A stretch of DNA of 63,943 nt, counting the filler, from Folioceros fuciformis (lineage: Eukaryota), in the NCBI GenBank assembly GCA_049999805.1. It is 5 parts of 5 records of this genome, joined end to end, with 100 filler letters (N's around TTAATTAATTAA, not from the genome) between each part and the next. Parts side by side here need not be neighbours in the genome. Positions count along the whole stretch, not along the records: positions 28,387 to 41,305 come from JBNGIO010006039.1; positions 41,406 to 54,402 come from JBNGIO010006040.1; 3 more parts are not named here. One strand, given 5' to 3'. Within the stretch, counting starts at the first letter, position 1. Each line of letters opens with the position of its first letter. The notes below the pieces were generated by a model, which was not told the origin of the DNA, ran no database searches, and worked only from the letters and a program-made list of their open reading frames with translations. Made by a program: the position numbers and the translations under genes. Below, piece after piece: positions 38,801 through 49,075 of the stretch.

Positions 38801-40369
38801 CTCAAGATCAGAGAGTTCATGTTCACTGAATCCAGTTACCAGTTTTTCCCGAAGCATTCTTCTCATAGCTTATATGTTGGGGTGACCCAAACGGTAGTGC
38901 CACTTAAAGGCACTACTGGAATGTCCGTCCTTGATATTCTGAACAGCAACATTAGCTGTAGAAGGAGGAACATCGGAGAGAAAGTCTAACAAATATAGAT
39001 CAAACAGAGGAGTTCCCCTGGCAATAACCACTGTAGGATCTGATAGACGAGATATATGGCACTCAACACCCTCAAAGGTGATTCTGTACTGGTTCATCTT
39101 TCCTAGGGCCCTTGTACTAACCAAATTCTTTGCAAGAGCTGGAACGTGAAGAGCATTCACGAGGAGTAAATAGCTGCCATCCTGTAAAGTAATCTGAATT
39201 GTTCCAGCTCCCTTGATTGGTATTGTTGAGTTATCTCCTAACACAACTGCTGTTTGGTGACATGTAGGGGATTTCTCGTATGTGATGAAAGACTTCCTCT
39301 TTGAACACATATGGTTTGAGGCTCCACTATCTAGGAACCACTTCTGACAGCCTTCTTTTGAAGACGTGAGGCATGCCACCAACAATCCTGGTGTTGAAGC
39401 TCTAGCGGTATGAGCTTCTGATGATCTCCCCTTTACACTGTCATCTCTAGCTTTCTTTCTGCAATCCTTCACCCAATGTCCTGGCTTACCACAGTAGTTG
39501 CAGTTTCCAGGCTTTGAGGTGAAGTTAGAGGATGGCTGACTAGGAGATGAGGAGGGAGTCATGGGGTGACCACGACCCCTGCCTAAACCTCCTCTTCCTC
39601 GCCCCCTGCCACGTCCACGCCCTCTACCCCTTCCAAAGAACAGAGCTGTATCACTCTGTTTATGAGAGGTATGAGAAGAAGAGGGGTTACTCTTCATTTG
39701 TTTCCTGTTTGCTTCGAACTGCAACAGTGCTCCAACCACCTTTTGTACTGTAAGATTTGATGTAGCTGGAGTTGTGGCCGTGGCAGGTGTGACCGTCGTC
39801 GATGTTTGAAGGCTTGAGCTAAAGAATTCATAGCTTGGTGGAAGTGATAATAACAGCTGAACTGCTGCTCTTCATTCCGAGATGATTACTCCGCAAGATG
39901 CTAGTCTGGCTCTCGCAGCCCTAAACTTTGAGACATGGCTCTCCACTGAGTCACTCTCTTTCATGCGAAGTATCTGATACTGCAGTGTAGCTGCAGCCTC
40001 TGCTACCATATCCTTTGTATCATAGGTGTCTGATAGCAAGGACCAAACCTCGTTTGAAGTCTGCGTCATTTTTATATGTGGTATCATCTCTTGAGACACA
40101 GAAGCCACAAGAATATTTCTTGCCTTCCTGTCTTTGTGTTTCCACTCTAACTCATCCTTCTGTGTGTATCTAGGTATCGTGCCACCAGGTGTAGGGGGAC
40201 CAGAGGGCTGTCCATCAACTTTTCTAGGGGCAGTCCCATCAACGACATCCATCAAGAGCTTCTCATCTAAGATACACCGTATCCTGAAACTCCAGGCATC
40301 AAAATTATGTGAGGTCAGCCTATCTTTCTCTTGCAATCTATCAGAACCAGAATCATCCTTTGACCCCAT
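35897..40369 (-). pseudogene. Copia B gag-pol; single frame with two premature stops (39872, 38870)
   Basis: CNYCGKPGHWVKDC, WFLDSGAS, WHYRLGHP, HTDICGP, YVDDC, YCDADWA. Confidence 0.95.
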
Positions 40370-40395
40370 GATGCCTGTAAGTGAGAGTTCCTAAT

Positions 40396-40917
40396 TTAAA
40401 GTGGTGTAGCCGTTAGGCGAGCAAGCTGCTCCCTAAGGCTATCTATTTCCTTTTCTTGCTGTACCATTGTTCTTAGATCTGAGTTCCTCAGATTCTCAAG
40501 TCTCTCCTGTCTTGCCTGCAGATTATCAGCCTTAGTTGTGTACTCCAAAACAGTACTTCTTATGTTTAAGATAGAATTCAAAATAGCTTCGTGCTCTGTA
40601 ACTCTCTCTGGGTAGGGTTTTGAGGTGTATCTCGGAGCACAAGTCGCCTCAGAACTGAACTGTTGATTTCTACTGCTAGTCCTGTTAGTCTTGCTTCTCT
40701 GTGGAGGCACAAAGTCCGAATCTGAATCTTGGCTGTCAATTTCTGCAGGGGATTGTGAGCAAAGGAAAACGTTGAGGAAGCGCTCCCGCTCGATTTTTTC
40801 TGCAGGAGAGATTCCCCTCTTGAAATACTTCTTATCAAAAGCAGCCGATACAGACTGCCTGAATTTTCCTTTGTCAAAAGCTGGCACAGGCTGCCTCTGA
40901 GAATTCTTGCGAGGCAT
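40396..40917 (-). CDS. Extra ORF upstream of gag in copia B (173 aa, C-terminal coiled coil)
   Basis: Intact ORF between PBS and gag, ending 26 bp before the gag ATG. Confidence 0.62.
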   Translation of the reverse strand: MPRKNSQRQPVPAFDKGKFRQSVSAAFDKKYFKRGISPAEKIERERFLNVFLCSQSPAEIDSQDSDSDFVPPQRSKTNRTSSRNQQFSSEATCAPRYTSKPYPERVTEHEAILNSILNIRSTVLEYTTKADNLQARQERLENLRNSDLRTMVQQEKEIDSLREQLARLTATPL

Positions 40918-41032
40918 CCTGCCTGTCTAAAACTAGGGTTCCAGCAATCCAAAGTATGGCATTGCATCCATCTCTCAATTAACAGCAAATAATGATGGCA
41001 CAGCAACGGAATTCAGGGTACAGGCCCGCACA

Positions 41033-41046
41033 TGGCTCTGATACCA
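41033..41046 (-). promoter_or_regulatory. PBS, tRNA-iMet
   Basis: Reverse complement TGGTATCAGAGCCA abutting the LTR. Confidence 0.95.
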
Positions 41047-41260
41047 TGATGCATTTGTGAATCGTTCCCATGCAGATCACACACGCTCGAGACACACTAG
41101 CAACGAATATCTTATATGTCAGGCGAACTCAGCACAAAAGTGTCCGAGACCCATAAAAACGGTTACAACTAATAACTACCTCTAGGGTTACCCGTTGGGT
41201 GCCCTAATGTAAGTTCTACGTATATAACAATGTACTAATAATTACCTATTATTTCTAGCA
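41047..41260 (-). repeat. 5' LTR of copia B
   Basis: Near-identical to 34733-34946. Confidence 0.9.
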
Positions 41261-41305
41261 CCCCCTCTCATTGTATATACAGTCTAAATAGCAAACTAAT
41301 TAAGC

Positions 41306-41405
41306 NNNNNNNNNNNNNNNNNNNNNNNNNNNNNNNNNNNNNNNNNNNNTTAATTAATTAANNNNNNNNNNNNNNNNNNNNNNNNNNNNNNNNNNNNNNN
41401 NNNNN
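41306..41405. other. Artificial scaffold linker
   Basis: N44-TTAATTAATTAA-N44. Confidence 0.97.
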
Positions 41406-44400
41406 GTCCTCAAGTCCAAACTTGGCTAAACTTTTCTTTATATATTTTGTCTTAAGTAAGGAAATGGATTTGTTACCTCTATCCCTTATAATATTCATGC
41501 CAAGAGCATAATTGAGTTCTCCCAAGTCTGTCTTTTCATAGTGACTTCTTAACCAAGCCTTTCTTTCAGCCAGATGGGAGAGTGAGGATAATGTTAAAAA
41601 TAAGTCATCCACATAAAGTAAAAGATAAACTGTATATTGTTTTGTCTTTAATATATACAAGCTTGCATTAGCTTTGCTTTGTATAAATCCATACTTGATG
41701 AGTTTGTCATGTATATCCTTGTTCCATTCCTTTCCAGATTGTTTTAGGCCATATAGACCTTTTATTAATCTGCATACCATATTTTCCTTGCCTTTAATCT
41801 CATATCCCTCAAGTTCCTTCATGAATATTTCTTCTTGAATGCGTCCATGCAAATAAGCAGTTTTGACATCCATCGTATGAAGATGTAAATCATGTTGAGC
41901 AGTAGTTATAATTCTTAGAGAGGCAAACTTTGCTATTGGAGCATAGGTAGCCCACGGTATGTAATCTAAACCTGGTATCTGGGTAAAACCTCTGGCTACT
42001 AGTCTTGCCTTATATCTCTCAATGGAACCATCACCCTTGCGTTTAATTTTGAATATTCATTTACTCCCAACTATTTTTCTCCCTTTGGGTGGTTTGACTA
42101 ATTCCCATGTAGAGTTCTTAACTAGGGAGTCATACTCAGAGTCCACTGCAGCTTTCCATAAATCCTTCTCAGGAGAGGAAAAAGCTTGTTTAATGGTTAG
42201 TGGCTCTTCAAGATCAACTGTAGCTTTGTAAACAGATTGATGAAAATGGGAGATAGGTGAGGAGGGATCATCAAAGGTGGTAAGGTATCCTAATGGTGGT
42301 TCCTTCCATCCTGTGGGCCCTGAGACAGCAGGTCTAGTCCTTAGGTTGTACCTTGGTGCGGATTGTGCATCTTCGTTGACGACTGGTTCTAAAGAGTTTT
42401 CTTCTTCATTAGATGTTGTAGGAGCTAGTTCAACTATAGGGGGAACCAGCTGATCTGCATCCAGATATTCAGGCTCGGAAAAGTCATCATCCTGGATATC
42501 ATAAATATCGTCAAAGTGTTGAGGAATTTCTATGCTCGATCTGGAGTCGTGGGTCGTCGTGGAGAAGGTGGCTCCTCCTCCTCCTGCAACATAGGTTCAA
42601 CCAAAGGGGAGGAAGGAGAGTAATGAAGACTAATAAATTCATCATCATCAAAAGATGAGGATAGATGATTGTCGTCTGGAACAAAGACAGGAGATCTTGA
42701 ATTCATTGGAGATAATATGGGTGACTCATGAAAAGTAACGCTGCAGGTGTAAATGAGTCTCCTAATAGCTGGATCAAATAATTTGTATCCTTTGATACCT
42801 TCTGTAGAGCCAATAAAAGTATATTTGGCAGCCTTATCATCTAACTTCTTGCGTTGTGATTTAGGAATATAAACGTACGTCGTACAACCAAAAACCCGAA
42901 GGTGGTCAATGGAAGGCTTTCTTCCAGTGAATGCTTCATAAGGTGTCATACCTATAACCGCTAAGGTTGGTAGTCTATTAATGAGATATGTTGTTGTTAT
43001 TATTGCTTCTGCCCAATATGGTTTAATTAAACTAGCTTGGGAGAGCAAGCAACCTGTCATCTCTTGAAGGCGTAGGTTCTTATTTTCAGCTATGCCGTTT
43101 TGCTGAGGTGTATATACTACTGTAAGTTGTTGAGCAATACCTTGAGCTCGACAAAAATCAGTAAAAGCATTTGATATAAACTCGCCTCCATTATCGGAAC
43201 GGAGGGTCTTGAGTTTCTTCTCTGTAAGTCTTTCTGCCCACATCATATAATCCTTAAAGTACTTAAAAGCTTCACTTTTGTGCTTGAGGATATATGTTGT
43301 GGTAAAGCGGGAGAAATCGTCAATGAAAGTAATGAAGTATCTGCAACCGCTGAAGGATGGTGCAGAAATTGGGCCACAAATGTTGGTGTGAACTAACTCT
43401 AGGGGTGCCTTAGTCCGCTGGGGAGAGTTATTTTGGAAAGGTGCTTGATGTCTTTTAGTGAGGACACAAGCTTTACACCATGATAAGGGTTCTATCTTAG
43501 TAAGAGCAGGGTTTCTATAAAGGTGTCGCTTAGACATTTGTATAAGCTTTTGGCTATTAGGATGTTCTAATCTACAATGCCAAAGTACAGTTGTATTGGA
43601 GGTGACAAAATTCTGGGAAGCTACATTAATTCTATCATGTAAGGGTCCCACTTGGATGGAAAGTTTATATAACCCGTCCTCTACAGTGCCTGTGCAGATG
43701 TTGAAGGACTCACTAGGAGAGTAAGTAAGGATACAACTATCTACATCTAAAATAACCTGCATATTATGTTCTGTACATAAACTAGCAGCTGACACTAAAT
43801 TTTTACACATGGATGGTACATGAAGGACTCTGGAAAGAAGGAGAGTGTGACCTGAAGAACATCTGAGTTTAATTGAACCTACACCTAAAATAGGGAGGTT
43901 ATGGTCATCGCCTAGTAAGACAGTCTGGTGTCCTGTAGCTGGCGAATATGACTCATATAATTGTTTATTATGACAGATGTGTGAAGTGGCTCCACTATCC
44001 AAGTACCAATATGGATTTGTTGACTTTGATGAAGCCAAGCGTACAGTAAGAGCCGCAGGTATTGTGGAAGATGGCTTCTTCATAGCAACATGAGCTCCAG
44101 GTGTGGCCTCTTTTCTGGGCTCGCCATTCTTTTTCTTATAACAGTCCTTTTCCATGTGATTTGGGATCCTGCACCAATTACAAATGATGCCTTTCTTCTT
44201 GGTACCTCTTGCAGGTGTTGAAGAAGAAGTCTCTCGTCTCCGAGAGTTGTCATTGGAACTCTGGGGTTGTTGGGAAGTAGAACCTCGGCAGAGGTTTAGG
44301 GTTGCCTCGTCCTCTTCCGTTGCCCCTTCTAGTGAATATCACCTGTTGCTTATTGGTTCTAGAGTGTCGCTGACTTGATTCCTCTTGCATCAACGCTCCT

Positions 44401-46711
44401 ATTAGTTCGGCGATGCTGAGCTTAATGTCTACTTGTGGATTCTCGTCTGCCTCCCTTCTAGCATTGCACATGACAGCATTTTGAGTTGTGACAAAAGCTC
44501 TATATGACGGCGGCAAAGAAGATAGAAGGATGACATATGCTTCCAACTCATGGACAAGAAAGCCACTTGCAGCTTCAAGTTGAGATCTCGCCAGTCGAAA
44601 AGCACTTATATGGTGTTCAATGGAATCAGACTCCTTCATTTGAAGGCTGCGGAAATTACGGGAGGCAGCAACGATACTCATAACATCCATTGACGAGTAG
44701 GGTTGAGCAAGGTGAATCCACATGTCGTGGGAGGTCTTTGCATGACCTACTTGTATCACCATCTGCTTCGAAAGTCCACTGATTATAAGGTCTTGCGCCT
44801 TCTCGTCCCTGGCATCCCAGGAAGTTCGAAGGTGTGCTTCAAAAACTTCAGTAGGTCTGGGGAGTCTTCCTTCGACTATTTCCCAGAGATCTCGTTGTCG
44901 TAAAGCTCCTTTCATCCGTATAGCCCAAACATAATAATTCTTTCCATTGAACTTGACCTTCTCTTTAAAGTTGTCACCATAATGATTAATCAAAGTATGA
45001 TTAGTATTTCCAAGAGGATCCATCCTGGGAGTGTTTGGTGACGCTGAAACTTCTTCTTCATCGTTAAATACTCCAGCCATAGAAGGCGATTTAGAGGACT
45101 AAGCCTCGTCGGTACAGCTTTTCATCTTCTCTATTGCATGCTCGAAACTCCTCCCTTGGGTAATAACTTGCATTAGGAGATGACGACCTGCTAGGAAATT
45201 CCTGCACATCTATAAACTTAGAGAGAGTGGACACCTTTGTCCTTAGTTCAGTTAGTTCTCCCTTGAGATCAAGATGTTGGATTCTAAGAGATGATAGTTG
45301 TCTATCTAGGTCATCAATTTTATGAGTTTCTATGTCTTGGCTTGTAGACTATAAGAATTAGGAGTGTTAGTACCAGCTCTCAAATTTGGGATATGTTGGA
45401 TTGCAAGCTCTAATGCTTTGACGTGAATAGGGCTAAGAAATTCTAACAAATTACGTCTAGCTAGCTCAATCAACTTCCCTTGATTTCGTTTAGAAATTAG
45501 AATGGATGTAATGAAGTTAGCTATGCAGGAAGAGGTTTCATCAATCTCTGTTGCTATGATCTGTGAACTTCTATTGCTTCTAATATTCTTGCTCCTAACT
45601 TGTTCTTCTTGTCTTGTAGGGCAATCTCTTTTCTTTATTCTAGGCCTCCTCCTACTAAGGGAATACACTTCCATGGAAAGGGGGACAAGGAATTAGTGCA
45701 GAAAAGCATTATAAAAAAAGATATATACGCATGAGAAGAAAACATAAAAGAATAGCAATTCTAGAATGAACACAATTCATCTAGCAAGGTGCTAGATTGG
45801 AAAATGCCTCCAGGTGAGCTCCTTAGATGCTTGAAGCTACACTCGCATAATGGAGAGCAAGAAGCTCTGATAGTATGATGAAAATCATGCCTTGATCTTA
45901 GATGCAAAAGATAGAATGCAATGAATTAAAGAGTAAAGTACAAGCCTTTATATAGGCTAGGTGGTTGAGGTTGTTAGGTGGTTACAACTATAAGTACAAT
46001 CATACCCCTCTAATTGGGAACAATTGAGAGTAGCAAAAATCCTCCCATTAAGAGAGGTTCCCATTTAGGCATTTTTATTTTTTTAAAAATATTTAAAAAT
46101 ATTAAAAAAAATAAAAAATAAATCCTTTTAATAAAAAATTTGGAAGAGCCGAAAAGTTTTCAGAAAATCCAAAATTCTCCTTCATACTACATAGATACCT
46201 AATTCTATTTTGTTGTATTAAAATAATCATCAATCCTTGATTGATGACGAGTTGCTTTCATCCAATGACTAGCAATATGATGACTGTCTATGTTTTATGA
46301 TATAATCTCGATAGCCTTTAACTTAACATAATCTCAATAACTCATGATTTAATCTTGATAAAATTATTTCCTCAATTTTTTTATTTTTTAAAAATATTTT
46401 CCCTTTTACAGAGGTGTACTTACATTGAATGTTTGGGAGACATGTTCCCATATACAAATTAGAGAGTTTCCCATTTAGCATGTAGCACATTCAAGGGAGT
46501 AAGCTCGAGCGTTCCATTTAAGGGGGGTTTCCATTTATAGGGGTCCCAATTAGAAGGGTCTGACTAGTTATAACCATAAGTAGTTATAACTAATATAACA
46601 ACTAACTACATAGAAGTAAATAGATAGCTACCAAATGCCCTAGATGATAATATAATGTTTAAAGTGATGTGGCCCTAATGAATAGTGCTCTAACCTACAT
46701 ATATTTCATCA
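41406..46711 (-). mobile_element. Ty1/copia element C (5' LTR to RT, cut by scaffold end), degenerate
   Basis: Gag from 45080, WYLDSGAT, integrase, and RT (YVDDL) at 41406-42100. Degenerate PBS 45864-45875. Putative LTR 45876-46711 with TGATGAAA/TTTCATCA termini and a TATA box near 45947-45954. Confidence 0.88.
45091..45674 (-). pseudogene. Extra ORF upstream of gag in copia C, one frameshift
   Basis: MEVYSLSRRRPR.. continues in another frame as QDIETHKIDDLDRQLSSLRIQHLDLKGELTELRTKVSTL..GLVL*, ending 10 bp before the gag ATG. Confidence 0.55.
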
Positions 46712-46806
46712 TGCATCTCATGATTACAAAATAGGTGCTCAAATGTGATCACTAATTTCATCATGCATCTCATGATTACAAAATAGGTGCTCAATTGTGA
46801 TCACTA
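46703..46806. repeat. 53-bp tandem duplication at the LTR edge
   Basis: ATTTCATCATGCATCTCATGATTACAAAATAGGTGCTCAA.TGTGATCACTA twice. Confidence 0.85.
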
Positions 46807-46815
46807 GCCAAACTA

Positions 46816-47005
46816 GGTGATTACATTCAAATACAAGAAATGTCATTTTATAGGCATAGAATGCTATTTATATCTTTCGCAAGCCACGATTTGTTCATAC
46901 ATCATAACAATTGCTAACTACGCCACAAAGTGAATTGAAGCTTAAGTCTTACCATTATTGTCAAGATAGCTTATATGACATTTCTTGTATTTGAATGTGA
47001 TCACC
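46816..47005. mobile_element. MITE-like element with 31-bp terminal inverted repeats
   Basis: GGTGATTACATTCAAATACAAGAAATGTCAT (46816-46846) versus the reverse complement of 46975-47005, 30/31 identical. No TSD seen. Confidence 0.6.
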
Positions 47006-47119
47006 AGGTCTGATTCTATTGTAGAGATATTTAGCCATTGGTGATGGGAGTTTGTAAATAGCATGAACAATGGCATAAGAGACGGCATTAGTAACTCCAA
47101 TGGTAGGTAGATACTTCCG

Positions 47120-47560
47120 GACCATGATATCTTAGGTGTTATCGGTAGTGTTAGGGTTTTAGGGGGCTAGTAACAATTATTTTTGGTGATTTGTCTCTTT
47201 TTTCCTTCAAAAAAATGATATATTCGGTATCAGTNNNNNNNNNNNNNNNNNNNNNNNNNNNNNNNNNNNNNNNNNNNNNNNNNNNNNNNNNNNNNNNNNN
47301 NNNNNNNNNNNNNNNNNNNNNNNNNNNNNNNNNNGCTTTAGGGGGCTAATCATAATTGCCTTAGGTGTTATCTATAGCTTTTAACGTCTAGGTTTCAGGG
47401 AAATAGCAACAATTGCCTTTTTGGTGATTTGTGTCTCTATTCTTTCGGGCCATGATATTTTAGGTGTTATGAGTAAATTTTAACTTTTACAGCTTTAGAG
47501 AACTAATCATAACTGCTTTAAGTGATTTGTCCGACCTCTTTAGGATTGCTTTCGGTGATT
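47120..47560. repeat. Degenerate AT-rich tandem repeat (TTAGGTGTTAT/GGTGATTTGT units)
   Basis: Recurring motifs on both sides of an N100 gap. Confidence 0.55.
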
Positions 47561-48118
47561 TGTATGACCTCGTTGGGGTACGAAATACCGATACAATCAC
47601 GCTAGCTTTCACACAAAGTTTTGTGCGGTGGTATACAGTCCAAACTTTTGACTCTAGGGCGTCATTTAGGCGTCCTGATGGGGACAAACCCACACACATT
47701 TGGATCGTCTCTCACTCACAGTCATTCACTTTTGTTTTTGTTAGGGTTAGGGTTAATGGTTCAACATCCATCCTCCACATGCAAGTTTCACATCGGACCT
47801 CGCCGTTCAATGTTCACTATTCTGTCTTGTGTGCACACATCTCTCTTGTATGCACACCTCTCTCGCCTCCATGCACACCCCTCGCCGGCCTCTTGTGTGC
47901 AGAGCTATTTTATAGACCATGACGGCATGGCAGGCTCATCATGCGTGCAGAGCTCCTCCTCCTTCTCCTTCTTGATGTCTTACTCCTAACAGATCACCCT
48001 TGGATGCGACGTGCCCGTGACGAATCCTAAACCCTTGGTGATGCAAGAATGGCCGTGGTTTTTTTCTGTGTGTAACTTGTATTTAAAAACATGCCCATGT
48101 TGTGCATGAACCCTAAGC

Positions 48119-48260
48119 AAAACCTTATGTGTCCCCATCGGTCCACAAGGTGTGCAGAGAGAGGAAAAAATAATTTGGTGTACAAAACAAAACCTTGTGT
48201 GTCCCCATCAGTCCACAAGCTGTGCAGAGACGAAAAAATAATTTGGTGTACTAAATAATT
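48119..48260. repeat. Approx. 70-bp tandem duplication
   Basis: AAAACCTTRTGTGTCCCCATC.GTCCACAAG.TGTGCAGAGA..AAAAAATAATTTGGTGTAC twice. Confidence 0.8.
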
Positions 48261-49075
48261 TGGTGTACTATATTGAGGTGAGCCACGTGACATGGGTGTG
48301 TTCACGATCATATTAGATTCTGAGGTATATTTCGTATGAAGTATGTATTAAAAAAAAAAAAAGAAGTGTCCAGCCATTGTCCCTATCGGTATTCCATATT
48401 ACGGGTGGATGGGTTCCCATCTTATTTTTCTAAAAATAAATAAATGCCCAGCAGCTTCCTCGGTAGAAGAAAGTGCAGCGCCACCATCAGGCTGTACTCG
48501 CTCGAGCTGAGCACCTTGGTCGCCTCGGCGCGAGGAGAAATACACGCTTACCCCTGCACAGCGGCCAGCCCATAGCCAGCATCGCTATCGCCACTCCAAT
48601 TTCTAACAGCCGATATCACGACCTCGCTGCCCAGCTCTTCCAACAATGCCTAGTCCCAACTCAATTTCAAGGATGCAGTGCAGAGCTCTACAGTCCTTCC
48701 GAGTTCACTCAAGGCTCATCCACCAGCTATGTGTGTGAAGTGTAAATGCAAGTCCCAGGGGGCTGCACCAAATCTGTATGCCAATGTGCTGCTTTCTCTC
48801 TTGCGATGGATTCCTCCTTCTTGACATAATGGTGAACTTTACTTTACCAAGCACTTATCTCACAAACCAGCGTGCCCACGCATAGACAGTTGGCTGACGA
48901 CGGTGGATGTCCCCGCGGCTGCACTTTGGTGAAGTAGAGCACCCCGCAATATGAGATTGACGGCTACCCGGGAACCTTCTTCATGGCATTAGCAGGTAAT
49001 TAAACCTCTATCTGTCAAGACGTTGTGCCTATCTTTCATCCCGTTTGTGGCTTCTCACGTTGATGTTGCTTTCCG

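Larger units (their letters stand above)
34733..41260 (-). mobile_element. Ty1/copia LTR retrotransposon B, full length
   Basis: 214-bp LTRs 34733-34946 and 41047-41260 (about 4 differences). PBS 41033-41046, PPT 34947-34956. Right-hand TSD not present. Confidence 0.95.

Noticed and set aside
47150-47760. TTAGGG/TTTAGGG-like words
   Set aside because: Isolated occurrences within a degenerate repeat, not a telomeric array.
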